A DNA stretch of 64,000 nt, taken from positions 75,020,001 through 75,084,000 of the forward strand of contig NC_043002.1 of the NCBI RefSeq assembly GCF_006345805.1. Reading direction: 5' to 3'. The notes beneath the pieces are model-generated. The model saw only the letters and a list, made by a program, of their open reading frames with translations. It ran no database searches and was not told the DNA's origin. The stretch comes from Octopus sinensis (Eukaryota). Made by a program: the position numbers and the translations under genes. Positions within the stretch are counted from its first letter, which is position 1; each line of letters begins with the position of its first letter. Positions 25,008 through 38,102 of this stretch are shown here, piece by piece.

Positions 25008-27710
25008 AGAAACTTACAAGTGCCAAGTGTGTGTTGGTATTCTACAGAAAATAAAGGAATTCTTGAATGCAGGGTGGCTGTGCAGACAGCTTAGAAAATC
25101 AGGTAAATACCCTTAAGATGACAGGAAAAAGTCGCCAGCGAACCTCTATAGAGAATCGAACCCCATACCTCTCACACACACACACACACCACACACACAC
25201 ACACGTATGTGTGTGTGCTCAAAGTTGATGATTTACTCCATCACTATTCCGAGTATTCCCCACTGTGTACTGCTTGGCTGAAAGAATAAACTTTTACTGT
25301 ATATGATGTATTGAATACTTTATTTTATTCTGCTTATATGCATATGTGTGCAAATACACACTCACTCATGTACACACCTGTATACACATATACACATGCA
25401 TGGTTGTATTTATGTGTATAAAACATATGAACAGCAGCAAAGATTGGTAGGTTTTTTTTTTTCTGTATTCCTTTGCGTACCAGATGGCAAAGAACCATGA
25501 CAAGTGGTGAGATGCAGATGCAGTGACTCTCACACAATCCGTGCTGGCCATGGATAAGCAAGTGTAAAATGATGATGATGAAAATAATAATGATATATGA
25601 ATCACACACAAATACATGCATACAATTTAAAGTGTTTGGGGAGGAAAAAAAATGACAGAAACCATCACATTTTCACAACTGTAATGCGATTGAAATTTTA
25701 GTGCAGTTAATTAGATAAAATATTTATGTATCGTTGTTGGCTGAACTTTTTGTTTTGGTTTTATGTTTATTTTATTTTCATATATTTATTTGATATATAT
25801 GTATATATATATATATATATCTTTTGTTATTGTTGTTGATATTAAAACTTGGTTCTTGACTTAAGTAGGAATTACAGTAGCAAAGGAAAGAAAAACAAGA
25901 GCAAAATAATAATAATAATAATAAAAATAATAAAATCTATCAATCTTCAATTGTTTGCTCATGTCCATTTTCTCATATTGATTTTGTACTGCTTTATGAG
26001 CTGGAACTATTGATAGTTGTGCTGATGCTAATAATAATAATAATGATATCATGGAGAAGTGGTAACAGGAAAACAGTACAGAATAGAGAATTACCAAGGG
26101 GGAGGGGGTACAAAAGGACATAACGAAATAAATAAAAAGAAATATTAATAATAATAATAATAATAATGATAATAATAATAATAGAAGAATAGGAAATAAT
26201 AATAAAAGTTTGTTTTTTTAAAAAATGCCTAGAAAAAAAAAAGCAAATATAAATAAAGAAATAAAGCAACATTAATAATCCATTGATTTGACTTGGTTGT
26301 TACAGCTTGCTGACATTATCTACTTTTTGTATTGCAATCTTATAGCAGGGTAATTATGGTGTTTTATTTATTTATTAATTATTGTTTTTTTTTCATTATT
26401 ATTATCATACAGTATTTGTTGGTGATAGATTACAATCAGAGAAGATTGCATATGTCACAGGATAGCCTCAATTGTGAAGGCTACTTCAACTTTTTATGCT
26501 GATGCTGCTGCTTATAGTTTATCTAATTTTTTTCAATACATTTATTCAGAACAACAACAATACCCCCACCTTCACCCTCCAGAACATAATGCCATAAAAT
26601 TTGATCATATTTTATCTTTCCTTTTTTTTTTCATATTTAATTTTAAAAAAAATATTTTTTCTTCATCTAAGAATAGGCTATTTGATAGAGAATCCCCTTG
26701 ACTCTTCAAAAAAGAAAAAGAAGAAAAAAAAAACCAAAACAAAAAAGACAAAATCCCAAAAGACCATTTAATTATTTTTATTTATTTATTAAATATATCT
26801 CCTCAGAATGGCACTCTATATAAGATTTGCAAGAATTTGCATAGCCTTTAAATTTTTTGAATTATTTAAATGTTGCTAGTGGCATTATATGAGAGTGAAA
26901 TGTATCTTATATTTACTGAGAGCACAGCTGGAATTGCTACTGTTATTGCAGACCAATCAATTGGCAGGCATTGCTCTGACACTGATTGAAGAAAATACAG
27001 CAGACAATCAAGTCTATTCTTACAACTGTCATTATTTAAACAAGGACCACTTGTTAAATATATTCAGGAAAGCTGGTGCCGGTCTTCATGGAAAAAGATT
27101 CCTCGCCTTGTATTATAATTATCTTCTCATCTGCTGAAGCTAATTGTAATAATTACTATCTTTTAGTCTTGTATTACACCAGTGAAGATCAGGAGAAACT
27201 ATGTGGCAGACTACATTTTAAATGGCTCTATATCATAACTCACTCACATGCGTGTGTCTGTATATTTATATATTGTGTGTGTTTGTACATGTATGTGTGT
27301 GTAATGTACTTTGAGGACAGAAACCAGTATTCTGTATGTTATAATTAGTGTAAACATGAGCACCATTTTCTAAGATAACTCTCATGTGTAAGTGACCAAA
27401 TGTTATGTTTATAAATAGAGCAGGAAATTCAAAATAAGTTGAAATAGTTTAGTAGTATATTAATTACAAACCTTGAATAATTCCTCTTGATTATAAGTGA
27501 TTATTTGCTACACATTATATACATTAACAGTGGTTGTAATTTTTTTTTATCTTCATCATTATTGTGAAAGTGTGTTCCACTGGCAGTTAAGTAAGAAACC
27601 ATCTCCAAGAAGTTGAGGCATTTTTTTATATATGTCATGGTTATTTTTTTAAACCTGTATTTTCATACATTATTCGCATTTAACAGATATTTGCCCTCAT
27701 CTTGTTTGTT

Positions 27711-27756
27711 AACTCAACGTTTTGGCTGATATAACTTCCAGCCTTCATCAGGTGTC
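27711..27756 (-). ncRNA. Minimal type-I hammerhead ribozyme motif, GAAA mutated to AAAA
   Basis: Reverse complement: GACAC-CTGATGA-A-GGCTG-GAAGTTATAT-CAGCC-AAAAC-GTT-GAGTT. Confidence 0.72.
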
Positions 27757-27988
27757 TTGGGGAAATTTTGAACCTGGGTTCTCATTCCTAAGGTATTTTT
27801 TGATGATGATGATGGTGCTGGCGCCACCACCACCATCGTCACTGCCTAGAATCGAACTCTACTAATTCCAAGATTCCGAGTTCGATTCCAGGCAGTGACC
27901 TGAATAATAATAGTAATAATAATAATAACACCAACATCAAAAAATACCTTAGGAATGAGAAATGAATTCAGGTTCGAAATTTCCCAAA

Positions 27989-28034
27989 GACACATGATGA
28001 AGGCTGGAGGGTATATCAGCCGAAACGTTGTGTT
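27989..28034 (+). ncRNA. Minimal type-I hammerhead ribozyme motif, core position C3 mutated to A
   Basis: GACAC-ATGATGA-A-GGCTG-GAGGGTATAT-CAGCC-GAAAC-GTT^GTGTT: stem I GACAC/GTGTT, stem II GGCTG/CAGCC, palindromic AACGTT at stem III. Confidence 0.75.
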
Positions 28035-29114
28035 AACAATAAACAAGATGAGGACAAATATCCATCAAATGTAAATAATGCAAATAATGTACATAATTTC
28101 TTATCTCTTAAATATAGGACTGTGTTTTCATGATCTCATGGATTGGATAGGGCTTCCTTGATTGAGAGGAATATATACATAGTTCTACTGTGTAGCATCT
28201 TGCACAAATTTAATTTTTTATAGCCTTGAGTCAACCCATATTTTTTGAGAAAAATTGGGTTGGTGGAAACTCCATAGAAGCCCATCAAGTAAATTGTGGT
28301 CTTTGGTTCAGTTTCATTGCATGGCACCTTGGGTGTCTTCTACTATACTAGCCCTATGTCAACCAAAGCCTTGTGAATGGATATGGTAGACGGAGAATAA
28401 AAGAAACCCATCATATCTATGTCTTTTTGTCTGTACCCTTGTCAGGAGTTGAAATTCTGTCAAGATCAATTTTACCTTTCATCCTTTTGGAGTTGTTAAA
28501 TTAAAGTACCAGCCGGGTTCCGAGGTTGATGGCATCAACTAAACCTCATCCTTCATAACTGTTGGCCTTGTACCTAATTCCAAAACAATCACCATCATCA
28601 TCGTCATCGTCATTGTTATTTAGCATGAAAAGATGTGTCATTAGATTTGCTGCGAGGAATTTGAGTTAACGCCAAGATTTATTGAAAATTTTTCTTTTAT
28701 CAATTATTTTGCCATTGGAAAACTTTGGAACATTTCTTTTAGTATTTAACCCATTTACCTTGGGGTGAGAAAAAAAAAAAAAAGGGTTTGTCTTTGAACA
28801 TTTTCAATTATAATTTGTAAGCATTTTTTGACTTGTGTTTCAAGATGGCTACTTCCTGTGGAGTAGTGAGGAAGAGATGATAACCATTTTAACCACAAAG
28901 GCAGTAGCACACCTTGAATAATTTTGAGAAAATTTTTTGAAAATTGCATAAAAACAAAGTTTAAAGAAGAAGAAAACCCAAAACAGAATCAAAAGTGATG
29001 ACAATTAAATCAGCACATACAATTACAATCGCATACATTGATATTTTTTTTAAAAAATGGCATACAATAGAATAGCGATTCCTCAAACAAATGCATTTGT
29101 AACACAAAGGTTTA

Positions 29115-29620
29115 AGCATGGTTGTGTGGTTAAGAAGTTTGCTTCCCAACATGTTAGAGAAGTGTCTTCTACATTTGTCATGGGTCAACTAAAACCTTGT
29201 AAGCAGATTTGGTAGACAAAAGCTGAAAGAAGCATATTTTGTGTGTTTGTGTTTGTATTTCCACTCATCTTCATGTGAATTTACTGATTGTAGACAAAGA
29301 AGTCACTGTTCATACAGACATGGCATTTTGCTTGCAGTCCACCATGAAAGCACATTCAAGCTTCTTGACATGTCTTAACATACTGCTTGGCCTTTGTAAA
29401 CAAAAGGCTGATTTATACGGTGTCTTTTGCTTCTAGTTCTCCTGATAACCATATTCAGGCTGTTTATTGTTTGATACACTGGGATATTGTTCTTTCACAT
29501 GGAAACAGATGGAGGTTGGAGTCTGGAAGGACATCCAGCCACAAAATACTTTGTTCCTAATGTACTCCCATCTGATCCATGCAAACATGGAAAAATAGAT
29601 GTTAAAACAATGACGATTCT
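29115..29620 (+). mobile_element. SINE family B head with RTE-like alternative tail, degraded
   Basis: GCATGGTTGTGTGGTTAAGAAGTTTGCTTCCCAAC head; ends CCATGCAAACATGGAAAAATAGATGTTAAAACAATGACGAT. Confidence 0.65.
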
Positions 29621-32600
29621 GATGAAACAATGCACACAAGTAACAACAAGAAATTAAAAACTAGAGATTGTAACAGCAGCAGTATTGCTAAGCAGTACAT
29701 GGAGAGATGTGTAACAAAAAGATTTTGCTTTGTTGCTTGACCACCTTATCAAAGGAAGGGTGAATAGAGAAGTGACACAGCCTTACCTCTTGAAAAACAT
29801 GGTGCTTTTGTTATGGCTCCAAAAAGAAAAGCCTACTTAAATGGAAAACAAATAGAATGTGCAAGGGAGAGGCTTCTATCAAAGGTATGAATTTCATTGT
29901 GTAAATCATCATTGTTTTTCTGAAGGAACTGATGGCAGACATTGAGCAAATGATGAGGTGGACAAAAGGTTAGGTAATTTAGAAAGACACTCAGATACTA
30001 GAATGTTGGTAAAAAACACACTATGAAACAATCATAACCTGAAAATTGTCAGCCCAGAACACACAAGATGCTACTTGTGCCCTCTAATGCAGAAAATGCA
30101 AGTGTCTTGGACGTACAAGGTTCCAGTGAGTACGAAGAGAGTTGTGGGTTGCTCTAAAACAAACTCACTGATGGTTTATCACTTATATCTGGTTGGTTTA
30201 TAGATCTGTTTTGTAATTATATATTTTGTGTAATTACTATGTGTAATGTCAAAATCTTAATAAGTCTTAATATATTGTATGTCTTTGTCCCCCTATAATT
30301 TTCCTATATAACTTAGTTTTGTTTATTCGCATATATTACACCTTAGTATGCATTTTGTTATATGTATGAATAAGTCCTTTTGGTAGGAATAAAGAATTAT
30401 TATTATTATTATTATTATTATTAAACAGTTTACAATTAAATGTCATATTTAAGTGTCATGTATGTTATATGTAAACTGTTCTGATTTAAATTAACTTTCA
30501 ACATTTGAATGTTTCAACAATAAGGTTCTATCCACTTTTACATATGGTGTTGAAGTAGGATGCTAAGAGTTTTATTGTTATCTTTACTCCTGCTGCCATA
30601 TCCTGATGCACATATCCACCTCTGTATGCCTAGGTTTTCCTCCTTGTCATTTGAATTGGAACTCCTCCTCTTCTCGTAATGTGTTATTGGATGCGTCATC
30701 CATCTTTTGCTTTCCGCTCTTTTTGTAATTAGGACCATAAAAACAAATTCATTTTGGATCCGATATTATGTCTTTTCTTTTCACCTGTCAGTGTTTCTGT
30801 ATGTCAGTATTTTGATAATTGTTTGGTGTATTGTGTACAAAGAGTGAAGCATATTCACCTCTATGGCATTTCACATACTTGATTATCATTTCTGAGTTGT
30901 AGCCAATCTTGCTCTGAGCTGACTAGCCAAGAGTCTGTCAGTAAAATTTCTTGCTGTTCATTGTTTTTCAAGAGCCACATTATTCATTCTGCTTATTTTG
31001 ATTGAGTCAATTATCATAGACACAGCATCTTAAACTGGCATATCAACAGTGAGAATTCAATATTAATAGAATACTGTATCAAATTAATGATATTAGTCAT
31101 TTTATATGTAGTTAGAAGTCTGCCATTTGAACACAGCTAATGCCTGCTAGCTTTCATTTTTTTCTTATTTTTCTTTTTCTATGATAATAATTGGAGTTTT
31201 CATTTGTAAAAAAAAAAGTTTTCACAACTCATATTTTGTAACACTTCATTCTGCACTCTTTATGCATTCTCACTTGATACTGTTTATTGAACCATTTTTC
31301 TATCAAAGTATTGAAATATTTATTCATTACTTGTTTACAATTAGAGATAAAAATCTTCATAATTTCTTGTATGTTGTCATGGTTAGTATCAAATTTGAAT
31401 TAGTATTTCAAGATAGTGGCTGATTGCCTTGCATGGCATCTTTGATACTCCAGGTCTATTACATTGTCATTTCTCATAACTTATATGTGCAGGCATTACT
31501 GTGTTTATATGGAAGTTGCTAGGTAACCATACAAGCTCCAGTTCTATCTTCCCCTGGCACTTTGATCAAGTGTTTTCTACTGTTGCTTTGGGTTGATCAG
31601 TGTCTTGTGAGTGGAATTGGTTGGAGGCAGCAGCAATATAGAAGCTCATTGTATGTATGAACATGCATATGTGTATTTGTATGCATGTTTATATTCTGTC
31701 TCTTTTCATGTAAGTGCTGAGTTGTAAAAAGAAATGATGTTTTGCTGATATTTGCTGTCAACAAATCGTCATATAGTTCTGTGCTTCCAAAGACTAGTAG
31801 TGGAATAGCATTTTCTTTTACTTGAAAAATGGATAATATATATATACTCATCTCACTCATACTCGCATGGAAAACTGGATGTAAAATGAAGAAACAAATG
31901 AATGAATCTACCATTTCTTGCAAATGAACAGTAGATTGAGGTTCAATTATTAATCGGGGTTTTTCCTTTGTTTACCACACTTAAGATACATTTTACAAAC
32001 AGTACCAGATATGTCAATTACAAGTAACTTTTAGATTTACTTCTGGAGATCTTTCTAGAGAGAGAATCTACAGATGATTAACCTTAATTTTTTGTTTTGT
32101 TGTTAAAAAATATTGGTTCTGTAAACTTATATATCTAAAAGCTATGAACAATATGTCTTCTTAAGATAGTTGATAATTTAATTTCTTCATACTGGAACTT
32201 TCAGTTCAACTATTGTACTGTTGCTTCTAACACAGGACAAGAAATGGCCAGAATTATCACTTTTGTACTTGTGAAAGCCCCTTCTATAATATATATATAT
32301 ATATAATATATATATATATATATCTTAGTAGATATAAAAGTTTTGTTGAAGTAGACTGATTGATTTCTACTAAAAAGAAAAAAAGTAGTCTTTTATTTGC
32401 TTATGAAAGAAGGGCAATTTGACTAGCAGGCTAACAGTTCATTGAAGCAGTTTTCTGACAAGATTGAGAGCTTTAACAGCCACTAGTGGTGAAAACATGA
32501 ATACTTTATGCATAGGCTCAAAAATTGGGCAGCACTTCTGAATGCAGATGCAATACAATGAAACACTGCACTGTATTCGAGAACAAAGGAGAGAAATAGC

Positions 32601-32651
32601 CTCCAATATTAAGGGAAAATAAATTTAATGAATATCAAATGAAAATATTAA

Positions 32652-32873
32652 TCCTTTTGATATCAACCTGCTCAAGACCATCCCTAATTGTATAGTATAA
32701 AATTACTGTTTTAAAGTGTTCAAAAATTAAAGCCTTTCATCCAAATTTCTCGTTAGTTTATGTTCCAAACAACAGCTTAATTACTGCTATGTCATTAAAC
32801 TTTTAATTATTTTCAAAATTAACCAAAACAAAAAGTAGTAAACTATTTCAACAGAAATATGGTAATGAAAGGG
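32652..32873. mobile_element. piggyBac-like MITE, second family
   Basis: TTAA at 32648-32651 and 32874-32877; degenerate termini TCCTTTTGATATCA / TGGTAATGAAAGGG. Confidence 0.65.
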
Positions 32874-32978
32874 TTAAAGTATTTGGTAGTTTTGATAGTT
32901 AACATATTGACAAATCTTGCTACATAGTTGTTAGGTATTCAATAGTTAGGTTGATCTGATTGTTAATATTTGATTAGA

Positions 32979-33414
32979 AGGCAGTGAACTGACAGAATTG
33001 TTTGCAAGGTGGTGAGCTCACAGAAACGTTAGCACACCAGGCGAAATGCTTAGCGGTATTTTGTCTGTCTTTACATTCTGAGTTCAAATTCAGCTGAGGT
33101 TGACTTAGCCTTTCAACCTTTTGGGGTCGATAAATTAAGTACTAGTTGCATACTGGGATCAATCTAATCAACTGGCCCCCTCCCCCAAAATTTCAGGCCT
33201 AGTATAAAAAAATTGTTTGCACCCTGGGCAAAATGCTTACCTGAATTTTACCTGTCTCTATATACTGAGTTCATGTTTAAGTTCTGCCAAGTTTGATTTT
33301 GTCTTTCATCCTTTCAGGCTTGATGAAAAACAAAATCTATTGAGCATTAGGTTTGCTGTAATCAACTAGCTCCCTCCTCAAAAATGTCAGGTCTTGTGCC
33401 TACAGTAGCGAGGA
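32979..33414 (+). mobile_element. Older SINE family A copy containing a younger nested family A copy (33007-33210)
   Basis: Outer TSD TTAATATTTGATTAGA (32963-32978 / 33415-33430); inner TSD AATTGTTTGCA (32996-33006 / 33211-33221). Confidence 0.9.
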
Positions 33415-33651
33415 TTAATATTTGATTAGATAGATGAATGTTGAATACAGGAGTTTTCATTATTTTATCAAAAATTGTTTTCATACTTTTTCGGTTATGG
33501 TAGTTATATGAAGGAGACATAATTGGGATGAAAAGTAGCATCCCCTCATCTACTTCAAGTAGAGAAGGTTTTTTGATCATCTCACATCGTTAATTCACTC
33601 GGAGAAGCCATGTCTTCTCTTTTTGTCTTTTCTGCTCTTTCATTTAACATT

Positions 33652-34310
33652 ACGTCTTTTATATTCAACTTGTTTCAGTCATTGAACTGTAGCCATGTTG
33701 GGGCATTCCCTTAAATGGTTATAGTCAGACAAATCAACCCCAGTACTTATTTTTTAATGTCTGGTACTTGTTTTCTTGGTCCTTTTTTGCTGAACTGTTG
33801 AGTTACAGGACGTAGACAAACCAACACTAGTTCTCAAACAATTGGGGTGGGGTCGAGGACAGACACAAAGACATACACTCGTGTGTGTGTGTGTTTGTAT
33901 ATATATATATATATATATATATAAGAATTTATCAAGTAGTTAGCATGAAAAACCTCATAAGGGAAAAATCCATCAATTATTCCTCTTAAATATATTTATA
34001 TTAAGGGTATTACTATACATAAATGCCTCACACTCAGAAGGACTCTTAAAGTCGACTTTAAGAGTCCCTCCTAGCGTGAGGCATTTATGTATAGTAATGC
34101 CCTTAATATATATATATATATATATGTATGTATATACACACACACATGGTAGGCTTCCATACAGTTTCCATTTGCCATATTTACTCTCAAAGCATTAGTC
34201 ATCCTTAGGGCCATAGTAAAAGAACTTGCCCAAGGTGCAGTGCAGTAGGACAACACGAAACCACATAGTTGCAAAGTAAGCTTCTTAACCACACAGCCAT
34301 GCTTGCACCT
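33652..34310 (-). mobile_element. SINE family B interrupted within its microsatellite by a fold-back element
   Basis: Tail at 33652-33880 and head at 34145-34310 match family B in reverse orientation. Confidence 0.8.
33923..34110 (-). mobile_element. Spacerless palindromic insertion with one-sided tail
   Basis: 57-bp arms 33997-34053 / 34054-34110 with a perfect core GGACTCTTAAAGTCGACTTTAAGAGTCC; unpaired extension 33923-33996; flanked by (TA)n. Confidence 0.75.
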
Positions 34311-37300
34311 ATTTTCCAGTCATCGTGTTTTTTTCCACTAATTATTAAACCTTTGACACATCATGTAAAATGTTAATTACGTTAAATTCTCAGAGCTATG
34401 CTACCTTTCAATTCCTTCCTAGTGGGCCTACATCAGAAACCAGTATGGCGTTAGAAAAAGAAATGAAAAAAAAAAAAAGAAAAGAAATTAAGCATGTGCC
34501 TTTATGATTCAAAGAATGTGAGCTTTTGATTAGTCAGCAGTTTGCTTTTGAACTTCTGAAATCTTTATTGGATTAAATTGGTTATGCCCTATTGCAATTT
34601 CCTAATGTGTTGTGAAAATATCTCCTAAGTGACTGGCTTTTGTTGCAGGCTTACTAACATTTACATACCAAGTTGATCTTGGGTGTTTGTTTAGACCTAC
34701 GTATCTTGCAATCTTGACTCAATTAAATCATATAAACCATATTAGTGACATTTTTTTGTTCTACCGCTGAGTTTACAATGTTTGGTAATGGTTTGGTTTC
34801 TAGCATTATTTCAGCAGCTAATTGTCTATAACTACTGCTTTAATTGACTTGCTTGCAGTCAAAGTTGTTAACGCCATCCAGTATGTGATATCTTAGCATC
34901 TTGGGTGCGTGCCAAAATTGTTGTTGTTGTTATTGGGATTATTCTTTCTTATCGAGATATATATATTTTTGTTGAATGTAAATGCTTGTCTAGCATTTGG
35001 ATTTATTGTAACCAGATGTGTATATCAAAATACCATAAATGCAAACAAATTATTTTTCCTTCTAGTTGACTCTTGCATAATGTAATTGGGGAAGATAGAG
35101 CTGATCATAATATGTATATAAATATATATGTGTGTGTAAACATAATACATATTCTGGCACACATGTATTTATACACATGCACACATGTATGTACATATAT
35201 GTGCTGATACATGCATTTATATATATTTGTATACATACATAGTTACATATGCCGATACATGCATTTATATGTATACACATATATATATATATATTATATA
35301 TACATAGGTGTGTACGTAAAAGCAAAGTAAACACTATAAGTTAATACTCTTCATTTCTCCTCCTGTAAACACAATGAAATATTCAAAAGCATCTGAAAGC
35401 CATTACATTAAAATATGAATGTATGTATATCTTTGTTCATGTTAGACACTCACACATACATAGAAATTAATGTGTAATGTTGCACTGGCTTAGGGGACTT
35501 ATTTACTTATTTGTTACCATATGAGTATACTAGCATGAATAATTTTACCGCCTTCAAGTCTCTGTTGGAGAACAGATCATTGGCAACATAAGACTTACGC
35601 CGAGAACTGATTTATTTTGTTATTTGCAATTAACTCTGCAGCTAACAAACTACACGAATGGGATCTCTTAATTCATAGATGTTGAATGTGCTTATAAACT
35701 CTGCTGTATTTACATTCCAACAACAGGAGGGCCTAATATCAATCAAAATAAACAAGACCAACTATGAAAAATAAACTGTTAATTTCCAATATAATCCTGT
35801 AACTAGTCAACATTTTGATGCCTATTATTTAGTTTTAAAGTGAATGTCAGATTCACAAACTATTTAACAGTAATTTAATGGCAGTTGATTTAAAATGTAT
35901 AAGGACACTTAAAAGAACACTAATGACAAGTTTAACTGGGCGAAAAAAAAAAAGAAGTTCTTACAACTTGAAACTGCTAATTATAAATTTACCACAAATC
36001 CACAAGCTGTGGTATAAGAATAGAAAGCGTATCTAAGTTGACATCTGTAGTCATTTGTATGTAAAATCTGGAACATAAACAGTATATGCCATTGTAATTG
36101 TATGATTGCTGTGCAAACATCATTTTGTGAGATGTATACAGTAAGGTGACATTTTCTTACAAGTCGTTTGAAACCTGCAAGTTTCAGTATGTATGTGCGC
36201 ACACACACACACACACATGAAGTATACATAATCTGCAGCACTGATCTGATTTATCCAAGATGGTCATGAAACAAAAGTACTAGTGACAGACATGTTGTCA
36301 AAAAGGTGGGCCTTTGTGTAAGACTTCAGCCTACTGCAGTGTAATAAGAGAGACTTAGAAACTGGTGTTTCTGATTAAGCTATGGCATTTCGCATTTTGA
36401 TGTCCAGATATATGGATATTCCAATTATATATGATTTCTTGTATCATCATATCAAATTTTCTGTCTGTTTCCTTTGGGCCTTTTTTTTTTTTTTACATTT
36501 TATTTTATTCATTGTGTCTTAAAATATTCCTTTATCACCACAAGAAACACACGCACACGCACACACAAAAAAACAAATACTGAAAGAGAAATAGATAAAT
36601 AAAATTGGAGTAGTATTGTATGGTACTAGGTATTTCCTACAGGCACTAATAACCTTAAAAAGAACAACAAAAAAGAATAGAAAATGCTATTTTGGCAGTA
36701 AATATTGAAGATATCAATTTGCTAAATATTTTTTTTTCCCTCTTAGTTATGCAGGATTGAACAACTTTTGAATCTCAATTCATGAAAGTTAATTTCAGAA
36801 TTACACAGCTTCTGTCAAGAGAATGCAGAAGTCAGACTCTAGCAAAGAGGCAGAAGTGTCTACTGTTACTTATATATTCACAATAATTATTATTCGGCAG
36901 TATTTACTGACAGTTGGTGTTTTGGTATTGTTTTGCTCTGAGCAAATCAAATCTTTAGTAAAAGACATTCTAGGTACAGTGTATGTAGGATTAAATTGTC
37001 CAGTACATTCTTTTTCTAACAAAAAAGTACAAAAAAAAAAAAGAAAGAAGAAAAATGGTAGGGTATAATTTGAAGGATATTTATTTGCTACTTTTAGCAA
37101 TTCAGGAGAATACTTCAACCTGGAGGGTGAAAAATAGGACATTTACATTGCACTGATGTCCTCAGAAAAGACTTCATGGACCAATATCTTCTGTTTCTAA
37201 CCCCTTCTTCCAAATTTATCATCCATGTGAGAATGAAAAAAAGAACAGAACTGGATGGTTCACAATATCTGCCTTGGTGACTCAGTGCTCTGGCTTCAAA

Positions 37301-37540
37301 TAATGGTGTAGGGTTAGCTTTGCTTTTCATTCTGCTGGGAATAATAAAACAAACACCAGTAATGTATTGTGTTAGCTGCATTTATTTCTAGCACTCTCTG
37401 TTTTAAAATTGGTCTTCTTGCTGTGTGAAAAGAAATCATCAGGTGATCAAACCAGGTCTCTCTCTCTCTCTCTCTCTCTCTCCATATATATGGTGGTGGA
37501 TGTTAAACGATGATAATGATGATGATGATATATATATATA

Positions 37541-37680
37541 TATTGCTAGTAGGGAGATGAGTCGCTGCTATCTCTAGCAGATAAGTGTCCATCATTGATG
37601 AGACCACAGGTGGTTAGAATCACATGATCTGTTGGTCTCAGTGCTGGAGGTGGCAGGGATTTATGTCCCTGCTAGTAATA
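37541..37680. mobile_element. Small MITE-like element
   Basis: Terminal inverted repeat TATTGCTAGTAGGGA / TCCCTGCTAGTAATA (2 mismatches), internal TGAGACCA/TGGTCTCA pair, TA context. Confidence 0.5.
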
Positions 37681-37700
37681 TAAACAAATGCACACTTTGC

Positions 37701-37789
37701 ACCAAAAGCCAATAGAGTTTCTCTCATGGTATCTACCATGGTATATTGTGGTAGATGCCCTGAGAGAAACTCTCATATTGGCTTTTGGT
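37701..37789 (+). other. 89-nt near-perfect hairpin
   Basis: ACCAAAAGCCAATA/TATTGGCTTTTGGT, GAGTTTCTCTCA/TGAGAGAAACTC and GGTATCTACCATGG/TTGTGGTAGATGCC around a TATA loop. Confidence 0.85.
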
Positions 37790-38102
37790 CCTAACATCCA
37801 TGTATAAGTGGGCCTAAATGTTACCTTTCTGTATTTATATTGCCTAAGTCACTAATATGTGTGTGTGTATGTGTGCATATCCATGTTGGTGACATATAAA
37901 AGGTACCCATTACACTCTTAGTGGTTTGCATTCGGAAGGGCATCCAACTATAGAAATGAAGCCAAAATCTGATTGGAACCTGGTTCAGTTCTCCAGCTTA
38001 CCAGTTCCGGTCAAACTGTCTAACCCATACCAGCATGGAAAGTGGGTGCTAAATGATGATGATGATGATATATTCACACACACACACATATATATATATG
38101 AG

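Larger units (their letters stand above)
27668..28120 (+). mobile_element. Palindromic element with tRNA-like B-box centre and a hammerhead motif in each arm
   Basis: Arms 27668-27859 and 27878-28080 are reverse complements apart from a variable triplet-repeat segment; 18-nt spacer; unpaired 3' tail 28081-28120. B-box GAGTTCGATTCC at 27878-27889. Candidate TSD CTGTATTTTCAT (27655-27666) / CTGTGTTTTCAT (28120-28131). Confidence 0.85.

Noticed and set aside
27860-27900. Functional tRNA gene
   Set aside because: Only a 3'-half-like segment with a mismatched T-stem; no D-arm/A-box or acceptor stem here.
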